Of a stretch of 64,000 bases of DNA, positions 9,673-20,231 are shown piece by piece (within the stretch, counting starts at the first letter, position 1; every line of letters begins with the position of its first letter). Where the stretch lies: contig MTND01000022.1 in NCBI GenBank assembly GCA_002010305.1, positions 110,128 to 174,127 of the forward strand, written 5' to 3'. Position numbers and translations under genes: made by a program. The notes beneath the pieces are model-generated. The model saw only the letters and a program-made list of their open reading frames with translations. It was not told the DNA's origin and made no database searches. Source of the stretch: Archaeoglobi archaeon JdFR-42 (GTDB taxonomy: Archaea > Halobacteriota > Archaeoglobi > Archaeoglobales > JdFR-42).

Positions 9673-10913
9673 TAGTGGGCGGAGAAAAATTACCGGATGT
9701 AAGGATACCGAACATTGAGAATAGATCACTCACAATTAGAAATTTTGACGGTATTTATCTTGCCTATCGTTTTCCATCATGGTCAGTAAATAATGGAGTG
9801 CATGCAGTGATCAGTGGAGAACTTGACACGGCTATTCTTCATGATCCCAAGAGCATACCCGTGAGATCTGATGGATTATTCTCAGCGGCTATGTTTGATG
9901 GAAGATGTGTGTACCTTGCCAGGGATGTTATTGGAGGACATCCGCTGTATTATGTTACAAAGCCATTAATTTTCTGTTCTTTCAGACAACCGTTAATAGA
10001 ATTTGGCGAAATAAAGGAAGTTAAACCTGGAGAAGTGATTAAAGTAGATCTGACATTAGGAAAGGTGGATAGGGAATGGTATGATTTAAAAGAACTGATT
10101 CATCCGCCAAGAAACGTGGATGAGGATCTGTTAAGGGATGATATTGTTACCAGAATCTCAGACATGGCAGGTTCAATAGAGCGTGCTGCTGTAGCTTTTT
10201 CTGGAGGCGTAGATAGTTCTTTGATTGCTTCTCTTACTCCTTTTCCCCTTATATCGATTACAGGATCGGAAAAAGACAAATCATGGCTTGAAAAAGCTGG
10301 AAAGATGCTTGAAAAAGATGTATTAATAAGAATGTTTGGTTTACATGATGTCGAAAATGTAATCCAGGATGTGGTGAGGATTGTTGAGACACCAGACCCC
10401 CTCCAAGTGTCAATTGCTCTGCCAATCTATCTTTTATCTGAGTTTGCGAAGGATATGGGTTTTGAAAATCTATTTCTAGGACAGGGAGCTGACGAGATGT
10501 TTGGGGGGTATAAAAGGTATGTGGACACCCTCCTGCAAAGTGGATACGATGAACTCAGGAAAAAAATGGATGAGGACGTATTGCATCTTGGCGAGAATAA
10601 TCTTATCAGAGATCTGAAAGTCTCTTATGCATGGGAAATTAATTTTTTGACTCCATTTCTTTCCATGGATATCATACGGATTGCTATGGGAATACCCCCT
10701 CAGTGGAAACTAAAAAAAGTTAACGATACGTATATAAGGAAGTATATATTTCGAAGGGTTGCTGATAAGATATTGCCTCGAGAAATCGCCTGGAGGGAGA
10801 AAAGGGCCATCCAGTACAGCACTCATGCTATGAAGTTTATGAGAAAAATTGCGAGGAAAGATGGTTTGAGATTGAAAGAGTACCTGGAGAGGATTTATAA
10901 TGATAACAGATGA
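9669..10913 (+). CDS. asparagine synthetase (AsnB)-like PP-loop protein lacking the N-terminal nucleophile Cys
   Basis: SGGVDSS PP-loop is present. The N-terminus is MIVGGE rather than MCG. ATGA start/stop overlap with purB. Confidence 0.65.
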   Translation: MIVGGEKLPDVRIPNIENRSLTIRNFDGIYLAYRFPSWSVNNGVHAVISGELDTAILHDPKSIPVRSDGLFSAAMFDGRCVYLARDVIGGHPLYYVTKPLIFCSFRQPLIEFGEIKEVKPGEVIKVDLTLGKVDREWYDLKELIHPPRNVDEDLLRDDIVTRISDMAGSIERAAVAFSGGVDSSLIASLTPFPLISITGSEKDKSWLEKAGKMLEKDVLIRMFGLHDVENVIQDVVRIVETPDPLQVSIALPIYLLSEFAKDMGFENLFLGQGADEMFGGYKRYVDTLLQSGYDELRKKMDEDVLHLGENNLIRDLKVSYAWEINFLTPFLSMDIIRIAMGIPPQWKLKKVNDTYIRKYIFRRVADKILPREIAWREKRAIQYSTHAMKFMRKIARKDGLRLKEYLERIYNDNR

Positions 10914-11178
10914 ACAGATCCGTCATGTGGCAAAGCTGGCGAGGATTGAATTGAAAGACGATGAAGTTGCAGTGTTCAGAGAGCATTTTGAGAAAATTCT
11001 TGATTACTTTGGAATGCTCGATAGTGTGGAGGAAAATATTGAACCAGTCTTTCACGTCTTGGATATCTGTAACGTTTTCAGAGATGATGTTCCGGGAGAG
11101 TGTCTAAATCAAGAAGAGGTCATGGCCAACGCACCGAAAACAGAAAAAGGATATTTCAGGGGGCCAAGAATTGTTTAA
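10900..11178 (+). CDS. gatC: aspartyl/glutamyl-tRNA amidotransferase subunit C
   Basis: 92 aa, MITDEQIRHVAKLARIELKDDEV. Precedes gatA and gatB. Confidence 0.85.
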   Translation: MITDEQIRHVAKLARIELKDDEVAVFREHFEKILDYFGMLDSVEENIEPVFHVLDICNVFRDDVPGECLNQEEVMANAPKTEKGYFRGPRIV

Positions 11179-12568
11179 CCCGATATCCGTTTCAGAGGTA
11201 AGGGAAAGATACAGTCAAGGAGAAAGTTGTTACGATGTGATTTCTGAGTTTCTTGAGAAAATCAAAGATAGCAGATTGAATACTTTCATATCCATTTCTG
11301 AGAATGAAGCTCTCGCTATGGCAGAAAAAATCGATAAAGGAAAGCTTTCAGGCAGGCTTAAAGGCATCCCTGTCTCCATTAAAGATGCCATCTCCACCAG
11401 AGGTATTCGAACGACTTGTGGATCGAAAATACTGGAAAACTATGTCCCCCCTTTTGACGCTCATGTTATTGAGAGGATAAAGGCTGAAGGTGGAATAATC
11501 ATAGGAAAAACCAATATGGATGAATTCTGTATGGGTACCACTACAGAAACTAGTTATTTTGGTCCTTCTAAGAATCCCTGGGATGAAAGCCGTGTTCCTG
11601 GAGGAAGTAGTGGAGGGAGTGCTGCTTCAATAGCAGAAGGCTCTTCTGTACTATCTCTTGGAAGTGATACGGGGGGAAGTGTGAGATGCCCAGCGGCTTT
11701 TTGTGGTGTTGTGGGTATTAAACCCACTTATGGCCTTGTTTCCCGATATGGTCTGATACCTTATGCAAATTCTCTAGAACAAATAGGACCCATAGCCTCA
11801 AATGTTAAAGATGCTGCCCTCCTTCTGGAAATAATTGCTGGAAAAGACTATAGAGATTCAACTTCTGTAGAAAAAACCTTCGAATTCAAACTGATGGATG
11901 TTTCAAAAGTAAGGATAGGAATCATTCGTGAAATGATTGAAAAAGTGGATGAAAAAGTTCAGAAAGAGACATGGAGAGCTATAAATAAGCTAGAAGAACT
12001 GGGGATGAATTATGAGGAAGTCTCTCTTCCCATGATGGATTACACTCTTGCAGCATATTATATCCTAGCCATGTCAGAGGCATCATCCAATCTCTCTAGG
12101 TATGATGGGGTCCGATATGGATATCACATTGAAAAAGAGATGAACTGGAACACGTATTTTTCTAAAGTTAGAGCAGAAGGTTTTGGAGATGAAGTCAAGA
12201 GGAGGATTCTGCTTGGAACTTATGCTTTATCTGCCGGATATTATGGCAAATACTATCTTAAGGCATTAAGAGTCAGAAATCTGATTATTCAGGCCTTTAA
12301 CAAACTCTTTGAGAGGTATGATGTGCTGCTGGCCCCCACCATGCCCACACTCCCTTTCAGAATAGGTGAAATTCAGGACCCCCTCTCCATGTATCTTATG
12401 GACATCAATACTGTGCCTGTAAATCTTGCAGGTCTCCCTGCTGTTTCTGTCCCTGCTGGACTGAACAACGGTCTCCCTGTGGGTCTTCAAATCATTGGAA
12501 AGCCATTTGATGAGAACATGATTCTCAATGTGGCCTTGAAGGTGGAGGAGGAAGTATGGAAGAGGTAA
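11171..12568 (+). CDS. gatA: aspartyl/glutamyl-tRNA amidotransferase subunit A
   Basis: 465 aa with amidase signature GGSSGGSAA...GSDTGGSVR. Confidence 0.9.
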   Translation: MFNPISVSEVRERYSQGESCYDVISEFLEKIKDSRLNTFISISENEALAMAEKIDKGKLSGRLKGIPVSIKDAISTRGIRTTCGSKILENYVPPFDAHVIERIKAEGGIIIGKTNMDEFCMGTTTETSYFGPSKNPWDESRVPGGSSGGSAASIAEGSSVLSLGSDTGGSVRCPAAFCGVVGIKPTYGLVSRYGLIPYANSLEQIGPIASNVKDAALLLEIIAGKDYRDSTSVEKTFEFKLMDVSKVRIGIIREMIEKVDEKVQKETWRAINKLEELGMNYEEVSLPMMDYTLAAYYILAMSEASSNLSRYDGVRYGYHIEKEMNWNTYFSKVRAEGFGDEVKRRILLGTYALSAGYYGKYYLKALRVRNLIIQAFNKLFERYDVLLAPTMPTLPFRIGEIQDPLSMYLMDINTVPVNLAGLPAVSVPAGLNNGLPVGLQIIGKPFDENMILNVALKVEEEVWKR

Positions 12569-13983
12569 TCATCGGTCTTGAGGTACATGTTCAGCTTAAT
12601 CTCCTGAAATCTAAACTTTTCTGCCAGTGTCCTACAGATTATCATAACTCTGAACCAAATACCCATGTGTGTCCTATCTGTCTGGGATTACCGGGAGCGA
12701 TGCCGGTCATAAATCGAAAAGCTGTGGAGGCTGGAATTGCAGTTGCGATGGCTTTGAATGCTGAAATTCAAGAGAAAACCTTATTTTACAGGAAAAATTA
12801 CTTTTACCCAGATCTTCCGAGGGGATTTCAGATATCTCAGTATGATTTTCCACTGGCTTATGGAGGGTATGTAACGATTGAAACCGATTCTGGAGAAAAA
12901 AAAGTGACGTTAAAGAGAATCCATATGGAAGAAGATCCCGGGAGATTGACATATCCTGGAACCATAGATACTGCTAGATATTCCTTAATAGATTATAACA
13001 GAAGTGGAATGCCCCTTCTGGAAATAGTGACTGAGCCAGTAATAAGCTCCCCAAAAGAAGCCAGGAGTTTCCTCAATAAATTGAGAACCATCTTGGAATA
13101 TCTGGGGGTGTTTGATGGTTCCCTTGAAGGGGCAATGAGGGTAGATGCTAACATATCTCTGAAGGGAGGGGCTAGGGCTGAAGTGAAAAACATCTCCTCC
13201 TATAAAGGTGTTGAAAAAGCCCTGAGTTTTGAGATAACCCGCCAGAAAAATCTATTGAAAAGAGGAATAATGGTGGAAATGGAGACCCGGCACTTTGATG
13301 AGGCCAGAGGTGTGACCATATCTTTAAGGACCAAGGAGGAAGAGCAGGATTACCGGTATTTCCCAGAGCCTGACCTCCCTCCGATGGAGCCACGATCGTT
13401 AATCCCAGATGTAAAGGATACCATTCCAGAACTTCCAGATGCAAAGCGCCGCAGGTTTATGGAAGAATATGGGATTTCAGATTATTTTGCAAAAGTGCTT
13501 ACCTCTGAAATTCGGATGGCGGATTATTTTGAAAAAGTTGCCAAGGTAATCGATCCAGGTTTGGCTGCGACTTGGATAGCCGATATACTGAAAGGGGAAC
13601 TGAACTATCGAGATATGGAATTCTCTGAAGTATTTGAAGCTGAAAAATTAATTCAGGTACTTAAACTCTTGGCGGTTAAGAAGATCACTGAGAAAGGGGC
13701 AGTCAAAGTTATCAGAGTTATGCTGGACGAAGGAGGAGATCCTCTAAAGATTGTAAGACGTCTGGATTTGATGGTGATGGACTTATCAGAAGTTGAAAGA
13801 CTATGTGATGAAGTAATTGAAGAAAATTCCCAAGCAGTTTCGGACTATATTTCTGGAAGAAAAGAAGCGTTGAATTATCTAGTAGGACAGGTAATGAAGA
13901 AATCAAGAGGTAAGGCAGATCCAGGAGAAACTAATAGAATCCTAATTAGAAAATTGAAAGAACGTGAAAAAGATAGTAGCTGA
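12556..13983 (+). CDS. gatB: aspartyl/glutamyl-tRNA amidotransferase subunit B
   Basis: 475 aa. Contains IGLEVHVQL and [12 protein letters not shown] plus a C-terminal YqeY-like tail. Confidence 0.9.
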   Translation: MEEVIIGLEVHVQLNLLKSKLFCQCPTDYHNSEPNTHVCPICLGLPGAMPVINRKAVEAGIAVAMALNAEIQEKTLFYRKNYFYPDLPRGFQISQYDFPLAYGGYVTIETDSGEKKVTLKRIHMEEDPGRLTYPGTIDTARYSLIDYNRSGMPLLEIVTEPVISSPKEARSFLNKLRTILEYLGVFDGSLEGAMRVDANISLKGGARAEVKNISSYKGVEKALSFEITRQKNLLKRGIMVEMETRHFDEARGVTISLRTKEEEQDYRYFPEPDLPPMEPRSLIPDVKDTIPELPDAKRRRFMEEYGISDYFAKVLTSEIRMADYFEKVAKVIDPGLAATWIADILKGELNYRDMEFSEVFEAEKLIQVLKLLAVKKITEKGAVKVIRVMLDEGGDPLKIVRRLDLMVMDLSEVERLCDEVIEENSQAVSDYISGRKEALNYLVGQVMKKSRGKADPGETNRILIRKLKEREKDSS

Positions 13984-13988
13984 AAGAT

Positions 13989-16007
13989 ATGTGGTTGATA
14001 ATAACTGAAAAGTATAATACGGCAAAGAGAATCGCTCACATCCTTTTTAAGAATGTAAAGGGAAAAAGAGAAAGTGGAATATCCTATTTTACCAGTGATG
14101 ATGCAGTGGTTGTAGGGTTGAAAGGACATGTTGTGCAGCTTGATTTTCCGGAAAAATACAACAACTGGACGAAGGTTCCTGTAACATCATTAATCCGTGG
14201 GGAAATCGTTAAAAAGATAACTGAAAAAAAGATCGTAAATTTGCTCAAGAAACTCGCAAAGAAAGCTGATAGGGTTACCATTGCTACTGATTACGATAGA
14301 GAAGGAGAGCTCATAGGTGTTGAAGCCTTGGAGATCATACGTTCTGTTAATCCAGATGTGTCAGTGGATAGAGTCAGGTACAGTGCTATAACGCCAAGAG
14401 ATATAAGAAAGGCTTTTGAAAGTCCAACCTCTGTGGATTTTGCTCTGGCTGATGCAGCAGAAGCTAGACAGATCATTGACCTGATCTGGGGAGCTACTCT
14501 AACGAGATTTCTGTCGAGAGCATCAAACAGACTGGGGAAGAATTTTCTGTCTGTTGGGCGTGTTCAGTCTCCCACTTTGAGACTCATTGTAGAGAGAGAA
14601 AAAGAAATAGAGAATTTCAAACCTGAACCCTACTGGGAAATTTTTGCAACCTTTGAAAAGTCAGATACTGGAGAAAGTTTTCTGGCCAAACATGTAACAA
14701 GATTTGATGATGAAATACAGGCGGTACAGGCTTATGAGAGGATTTCAGATGAAGGAATTGCAATTAAGGTAACGGAAAAAGTGGTACAGGAAAGACCCCC
14801 CTCTCCCTTTAACACTACCGAGTTTCTTTCGGCAGCAAGTCAATTCATGAGTCCGAGCAGGGCTATGAATGTTGCAGAGAATCTTTATATGAATGGACTG
14901 ATTTCTTATCCGAGGACGGATAATACCGTGTACCCCCCTTCTCTGAATTTGAAGGAGATAGTGAAACAGCTTTCCAAAGGCCCCTTCTCAAAAGAAGCTG
15001 AACTTGTCCTGAGCAGGGACAGGATTATTCCAGCAAGAGGACGAACCAAGAGTGAGGATCACCCACCCATATACCCAACGGGTGTAGCTGATAAAAGTAA
15101 ACTCAGTAATGATGAATGGAAAATATATGAGCTTGTGGTCAGGAGATTTCTTGCCACCTTGGCTGAGAACGCTGTATGGGAGCGGAGGCATGTAGTAGTA
15201 GAGAGTAATGGAGAGAGATTGGAAGCAAGAGGTTCGATAGCTGTGAAGCTTGGATGGCGGGAGATCTACACCTACTGGAAGGTTAAGGAAACGTATGTCC
15301 CCCCTGTGGTGGAAGGAGAAGTTTTGAAAGTTAAAGATAAAAGACTGGAGAAAAAGATGACCTCTCCACCTCCAAGATATTCTCCGGGACAGCTCATCAG
15401 GCTTATGGAGAAACTGGGTCTTGGAACTAAAAGCACAAGACATGAAATTCTTAAAAAACTTCTTTCAAGGACGTATATATATGGAAACCCTATTAAGCCA
15501 ACTAAAGTTGCTGTGGCGGTGGTCAATTCCCTCTCAGATTTTGCTGATGTCATAACAAAACCGGATATGACCAAGATGCTAGAAGAAGAAATGGATCAAA
15601 TTGCGGAAGGAAAATTGACCAAGGAAAAAGTTGTTGAAGATTCCAGAAAAATTCTCGAGGAGATTTTCAAGACCACAGATGTAGAAAAACTCTCTCAGTC
15701 CTTGAAACAAGAATTGAGACAAGAACTGGATGTAGGTCCATGTCCTGAATGTGAGAAAGAACTGGTGATTCGTAAAAGTAAGAAAGGCAGGTTTATTGGA
15801 TGCTCCGGGTACCCTAACTGCACTTTTACACTACCTCTTCCCAAGAATGGTAGGATCATTGTGACAGGGAGAAAATGTAAGACCCACAGTTTGAAAATGA
15901 TTCGGATTAGCTCTAAAGGATCATCATGGAGTCTTGGATGTCCTTACTGCAATTATCTTAAATGGATTGAAATGCGAGATAAAGAAGGGAAAAAAGAAAA
16001 AGAGTAA
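13989..16007 (+). CDS. topA: type IA DNA topoisomerase with C-terminal zinc ribbons
   Basis: 672 aa. N-terminal Toprim (IITEK, DYDREGE), the LISYPRTDN active-site Tyr region, and CPECEK...CSGYPNC fingers. Confidence 0.9.
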   Translation: MWLIITEKYNTAKRIAHILFKNVKGKRESGISYFTSDDAVVVGLKGHVVQLDFPEKYNNWTKVPVTSLIRGEIVKKITEKKIVNLLKKLAKKADRVTIATDYDREGELIGVEALEIIRSVNPDVSVDRVRYSAITPRDIRKAFESPTSVDFALADAAEARQIIDLIWGATLTRFLSRASNRLGKNFLSVGRVQSPTLRLIVEREKEIENFKPEPYWEIFATFEKSDTGESFLAKHVTRFDDEIQAVQAYERISDEGIAIKVTEKVVQERPPSPFNTTEFLSAASQFMSPSRAMNVAENLYMNGLISYPRTDNTVYPPSLNLKEIVKQLSKGPFSKEAELVLSRDRIIPARGRTKSEDHPPIYPTGVADKSKLSNDEWKIYELVVRRFLATLAENAVWERRHVVVESNGERLEARGSIAVKLGWREIYTYWKVKETYVPPVVEGEVLKVKDKRLEKKMTSPPPRYSPGQLIRLMEKLGLGTKSTRHEILKKLLSRTYIYGNPIKPTKVAVAVVNSLSDFADVITKPDMTKMLEEEMDQIAEGKLTKEKVVEDSRKILEEIFKTTDVEKLSQSLKQELRQELDVGPCPECEKELVIRKSKKGRFIGCSGYPNCTFTLPLPKNGRIIVTGRKCKTHSLKMIRISSKGSSWSLGCPYCNYLKWIEMRDKEGKKEKE

Positions 16008-16136
16008 ATTTTCAGGATATGGTATTACCCATCTCGGTTTATGGAAAGATAATTTATGTACATCCCCATCTAAGCAATTTTGAAAATCCTGGTGATTATA
16101 CTCTCGAGAGCAAAAAGATATTCTGATGATTACTGC

Positions 16137-16478
16137 TCAACCTTCTTTTTTAGACTCGATCTCTGTTAATTTTCTCATAACAGATGTGACTTTATCTTCC
16201 ATTTTAGAAGGTTTATCAAGCCTGTCATCGATCTTTATAGTGGAAATAATTCTTTCACATCCCATGTCAGCCAGCTTTTCATGGATTGCTTCAATGACTT
16301 TTAAGATACTGCCAAGGTCATCAGATTCAATGATACTCCCCATGGGAGTAAGCTGATGCCGTAAACCTGATCTCCGTATAACTTTCACAGCCTCCGCCAC
16401 ATATCTGCTCAAGCTTGTTCCTTTTCCAGTAACTACCACCGATATTTCTGCCATTGGCATAGTCTCTCCTCTCATCAC
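16137..16478 (-). CDS. MTH1187/YkoF-family (DUF77) thiamine-binding protein
   Basis: About 100 aa from MAEISVV. Contains the pattern LTPMGSIIE..., divergent from thiDN. Confidence 0.7.
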   Translation of the reverse strand: MMRGETMPMAEISVVVTGKGTSLSRYVAEAVKVIRRSGLRHQLTPMGSIIESDDLGSILKVIEAIHEKLADMGCERIISTIKIDDRLDKPSKMEDKVTSVMRKLTEIESKKEG

Positions 16479-16513
16479 AAACCTTATGTATTTAACCTGA
16501 AAATTCTGGGTAT

Positions 16514-17839
16514 ATGGTTAAAAAGGTTGTGCTCACTGTTGCAGGTTCAGATTCTGGAGGGGGTGCAGGAATTCAGGCTGACTTAAAAACCATTATAGCT
16601 CAGGGTTTCCATGGAGCGACTGTTATAACTTCTATAACAGCACAAAACACGATGGGAGTCAGAAAATCTTTCAATCTACCCCTAGAGATAATTGAAGATC
16701 AATGGAATACTGTCGTTGAGGATATGAATGTTGTGGCCATAAAAACTGGAATGCTCTCGACTCCAGAGATTATTTCATTGGTGAGTGAGAAGATTAGTGA
16801 GCTAATATCAGAAAAGGACATCCCGGTGGTAGTTGATCCTGTTATGAAAGCTGAAACTGGTTCCAGTTTGGTTGAAGAAAGAGCTATAGACAATCTGAAA
16901 AAGCAGTTGTTGCCATTGGCAACTGCAGTAACTCCTAACAGATTTGAAGCTGAAAAACTTTCTGGGAAGATGATTAAGGATATTGATGACGCAGAACAGG
17001 TCGCAAGACTCATCCATTCTATGGGTCCCAAAAACGTTGCTATCACTGGAGGACATCTGAATGGAGTGGACATACTCTTTGATGGAAGTACAGTTGAAAC
17101 AGCTAAAAGTGAGCTACTGAATGTGAAAAGTCACGGATCTGGATGTTCATATGCTTCTGCATTAGTGTGTAGTCTTGCATCAGGCTTAGATTTTTTTTCT
17201 GCTGCTAAAAAAGCCAAGAATTTTGTTTACTGGGCTATCATGACATCGGAACCTGTTGGTAAAGGTGTGGTACCAGTTAACCAGATTGGTGTGATAGAGC
17301 GAGACAGAGAACGATTCTACGTACTCAATTCACTCAATAGGTGTGTTAAAAAATTTACCTCACTGAAAGGATTTGAATTACTTATTCCAGAAGTTGGTAC
17401 CAATTTCGGTTACGCGATTCCATTTCCAATTTCCACCAAGGATGTGGCTGCAGTTAAAGGGCGAATTCATACTACAGGGGCATGTGGTTCTGTAGATTTC
17501 GGGTCAAGTGGGCATATTGCAAGGTTAATTCTCTCTGCCAACAAATTTGATCCATCTATAAGGTCGGCCATGAATATCAGATTTGGAGAAGAAATAGTAG
17601 AGGAAGCTTTGAAAGCTCGTATGAATGTCGTGGAGGTGAATCGAGAGAAGGAGAAAGAGGAAAAAGAAGGCACCACCATGGACTGGATTATCAGAGAAGC
17701 ATATATAGAGGCAGGTGTTATTCCAGACATTGTTTATGACAGAGGGGCAGTAGGAAAAGAGGCAATGATGAGAGTCTTTGGCAGAACTGCTGAGGATGTA
17801 TTGGCCAAGATTGAGACAATCCTTCAGGGACTAACATAG
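16514..17839 (+). CDS. thiDN: bifunctional HMP/HMP-P kinase (ThiD) plus ThiN thiamine-phosphate synthase
   Basis: 441 aa. N-terminal AGSDSGGGAGIQADLK (ThiD) with a C-terminal ThiN-like domain. Confidence 0.85.
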   Translation: MVKKVVLTVAGSDSGGGAGIQADLKTIIAQGFHGATVITSITAQNTMGVRKSFNLPLEIIEDQWNTVVEDMNVVAIKTGMLSTPEIISLVSEKISELISEKDIPVVVDPVMKAETGSSLVEERAIDNLKKQLLPLATAVTPNRFEAEKLSGKMIKDIDDAEQVARLIHSMGPKNVAITGGHLNGVDILFDGSTVETAKSELLNVKSHGSGCSYASALVCSLASGLDFFSAAKKAKNFVYWAIMTSEPVGKGVVPVNQIGVIERDRERFYVLNSLNRCVKKFTSLKGFELLIPEVGTNFGYAIPFPISTKDVAAVKGRIHTTGACGSVDFGSSGHIARLILSANKFDPSIRSAMNIRFGEEIVEEALKARMNVVEVNREKEKEEKEGTTMDWIIREAYIEAGVIPDIVYDRGAVGKEAMMRVFGRTAEDVLAKIETILQGLT

Positions 17840-17950
17840 TTTTAAATAAGTACTGGAATGTAATAAAATAAATACTGAATGTAATTTAAAATGTGGTGAA
17901 AGGTAGAAAAACTTAAAATATATCTTCAGGAATGTGAAGAGGGTGATTAT

Positions 17951-18148
17951 ATGGGAAGTGTAAAACCAACGTATATCAAGATCCTTGCTGAAGATCTGTT
18001 GACCAGATTTCCAGAAGCCTTCACTGATGTTTTTGAAGAAAATAAGAAGAAAGTAGAAGAGCTCACGACCATTACCAGCAAGGAAGTTCGGAATAGGGTG
18101 GCAGGATATATCACGAGACATAAGAATAGAGGAGGATATAATGTTTAA
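17951..18148 (+). CDS. rps17e: ribosomal protein S17e
   Basis: 65 aa, [25 protein letters not shown]...[10 protein letters not shown]. Confidence 0.85.
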   Translation: MGSVKPTYIKILAEDLLTRFPEAFTDVFEENKKKVEELTTITSKEVRNRVAGYITRHKNRGGYNV

Positions 18149-19013
18149 GGGAGTAATCCCTGCTCTCATAACACCCTTTAAGGATGATGGATCAGTTGAT
18201 TTTGAAGGTCTAAAGAGGAATGTAGAATTTCTTGTGGATAGAGGTGTAGATGCAGTTGTCCCCTGTGGAAGTACCGGTGAATCAGCTACTCTGAGCCATG
18301 AAGAGCATGTGAAAGTAATAGAGGCAACAGTTGAAGCCTCTGATGTGCCCGTCATAGCTGGAACAGGATCCAATAATACACTGGAGGCCATCGAATTAAC
18401 AAAAATGGCTGAGGATGTAGGGGCTGATGCAGCCATGGTCATATGCCCCTATTATAATAAACCTACTGACGACGGTCTTATCCAGCATTTTCAGGCAATC
18501 GCTAACGCGACAAATCTCCCTATTGTTATGTATAATGTTCCAGGAAGAACTGGACGAAATATTCCGCCTAAAGTGGTCTCAACCCTTGCAAAAACTGATA
18601 ATATAGTGGGCATTAAGGAAGCTAGTGGAGATCTGATGCAGATTGCTGAGATAATACGATTAACTAAGGATGAAGAATTTGTACTGCTTTCAGGTGATGA
18701 CGGTCTTACCTTACCAATCCTCTCAATTGGTGGTATGGGAGTAATTTCTGTTGCAGCCAACGTCGCTCCGACTCATATGAAGGAAATGGTTGACTCCTTT
18801 TTTTCAGGCAATATAGACAAAGCTAAAGAGCTTCATTATACACTGATGCCACTGTTTAAAGCTCTTTTTGTAGAGACCAACCCCATACCTGTTAAAAAAG
18901 CATGTGAACTTATAGGATTAGCAGGAGGAAAACCCAGACTTCCCTTGGTGGAACTCTCGGTAAAGCATGAAGAATTACTGAGGTCTGTTTTATCAGATCT
19001 GGGAGTGCTTTGA
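18141..19013 (+). CDS. dapA: 4-hydroxy-tetrahydrodipicolinate synthase
   Basis: 290 aa. Contains [10 protein letters not shown] and the [10 protein letters not shown] active Lys region. Confidence 0.9.
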   Translation: MFKGVIPALITPFKDDGSVDFEGLKRNVEFLVDRGVDAVVPCGSTGESATLSHEEHVKVIEATVEASDVPVIAGTGSNNTLEAIELTKMAEDVGADAAMVICPYYNKPTDDGLIQHFQAIANATNLPIVMYNVPGRTGRNIPPKVVSTLAKTDNIVGIKEASGDLMQIAEIIRLTKDEEFVLLSGDDGLTLPILSIGGMGVISVAANVAPTHMKEMVDSFFSGNIDKAKELHYTLMPLFKALFVETNPIPVKKACELIGLAGGKPRLPLVELSVKHEELLRSVLSDLGVL

Positions 19014-19813
19014 TGATAAGGGTTGGTGTGTGTGGAGCCCTCGGACGGATGGGATCTCTGATAATCCGAAATGTGGCTGAAGATAAGGAACTGGAGCTTG
19101 TAAAAGCTTTTGACATCCGGGACATAGGTGTAGATGCTGGGGAGAAAGCAGGAATTGGCAGAATAGCGGTTCCGGTGGAAAATGGGAACGATATAGAGAA
19201 TCTCCTCTCAAAAGCAGATGTTGATGTTCTGGTGGATTTCACCATTGCAGAGAGCGCTGTTAAAAACATAACTGTAGCGTCCAATAAGGGGATCAACCTG
19301 GTAGTTGGAACCACAGGTTTTACTGAAGATCAGTGGACAACTATCCAAAAAACAGTAGAGAAAAAAGTAGCTGCTGTAATCAGCCCCAATTTTTCAGTTG
19401 GAGTAAATCTTTTCTGGAAGATCGTGCGAGATGTAACGTATCATCTTGCTGACTATGATATAGAGATTATTGAAGCTCATCACCGTTTTAAAAAAGATGC
19501 TCCAAGTGGAACGGCGATGAAAACTGCCAGTATAATCAGAGAAATACTGGAAAAAATGGGAAAATCATCTGAATTTGTATTTGGTAGGGATGGAATGAAA
19601 GAACGAGGTAATGAGATCGGCATCCATGCTATACGGGGCGGAGATATAGTTGGAGATCATACTGTACTGTATGCAGGAAATGGTGAACGGATTGAGATAA
19701 CCCATAGAGCCCACAGCAGACAGGCCTTTGCCTCAGGAGTTATCAGAGCAATAAAATTCGTTATAGATAAAGGGCCCGGAATCTACGATATGGCTAATGT
19801 TATGGGCCTTTAA
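19010..19813 (+). CDS. dapB: 4-hydroxy-tetrahydrodipicolinate reductase
   Basis: 267 aa. Contains GALGRMG and EAHHRFKKDAPSGTA. 4-nt overlap with dapA. Confidence 0.9.
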   Translation: MMIRVGVCGALGRMGSLIIRNVAEDKELELVKAFDIRDIGVDAGEKAGIGRIAVPVENGNDIENLLSKADVDVLVDFTIAESAVKNITVASNKGINLVVGTTGFTEDQWTTIQKTVEKKVAAVISPNFSVGVNLFWKIVRDVTYHLADYDIEIIEAHHRFKKDAPSGTAMKTASIIREILEKMGKSSEFVFGRDGMKERGNEIGIHAIRGGDIVGDHTVLYAGNGERIEITHRAHSRQAFASGVIRAIKFVIDKGPGIYDMANVMGL

Positions 19814-19907
19814 ATTTCCATGAGATTGGGGATTTTAACAGTATACCAAAGGTAAATCAGATTAGTAGGGGGCACAGTGGAACGTTGGATATAAAATAAG
19901 AAGTGTA

Positions 19908-20177
19908 TTACTGTTTAGCCAGAGTAATCTCTATTGCAGATACATTGGCCTTATCATCACTCGTCTCCACAGATTCAGTGGCAATCTGAATATCTTTGAC
20001 ATCGACATCTGTCAAGAATCTCTTCCTGACAATTTCTGCAACATCGACAGCCCTAGAAATCGCTCTTCCCCTTGCCTTAACAACTACTTCTTTTGCACCA
20101 CTATTGAACTGGGTAATCACAGCCAGCACATAGTTCATTACAGGTTTGTTCCCAACAAAAACCACATGTTCTTCCAT
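19908..20177 (-). CDS. albA: Alba DNA/RNA-binding chromatin protein
   Basis: 89 aa, [20 protein letters not shown]...[20 protein letters not shown]. Confidence 0.9.
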   Translation of the reverse strand: MEEHVVFVGNKPVMNYVLAVITQFNSGAKEVVVKARGRAISRAVDVAEIVRKRFLTDVDVKDIQIATESVETSDDKANVSAIEITLAKQ

Positions 20178-20231
20178 GCTACACCTCCTTGCAACCTCTT
20201 GATGAAAGGTAAAGGGTATTAATCCGATAAG

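Noticed and set aside
17831-18442. Long antisense ORFs from the track: 17831..18442(-), 35945..36517(-), 1177..1503(-), 21465..21860(-), 18910..19314(-), 6196..6714(+), 20941..21354(+), 40851..41249(-), 52856..53281(-)
   Set aside because: Each lies opposite or out of frame to a well-supported gene with clear family motifs. Each has low-complexity, Ser/Leu/Phe-rich composition typical of shadow ORFs.
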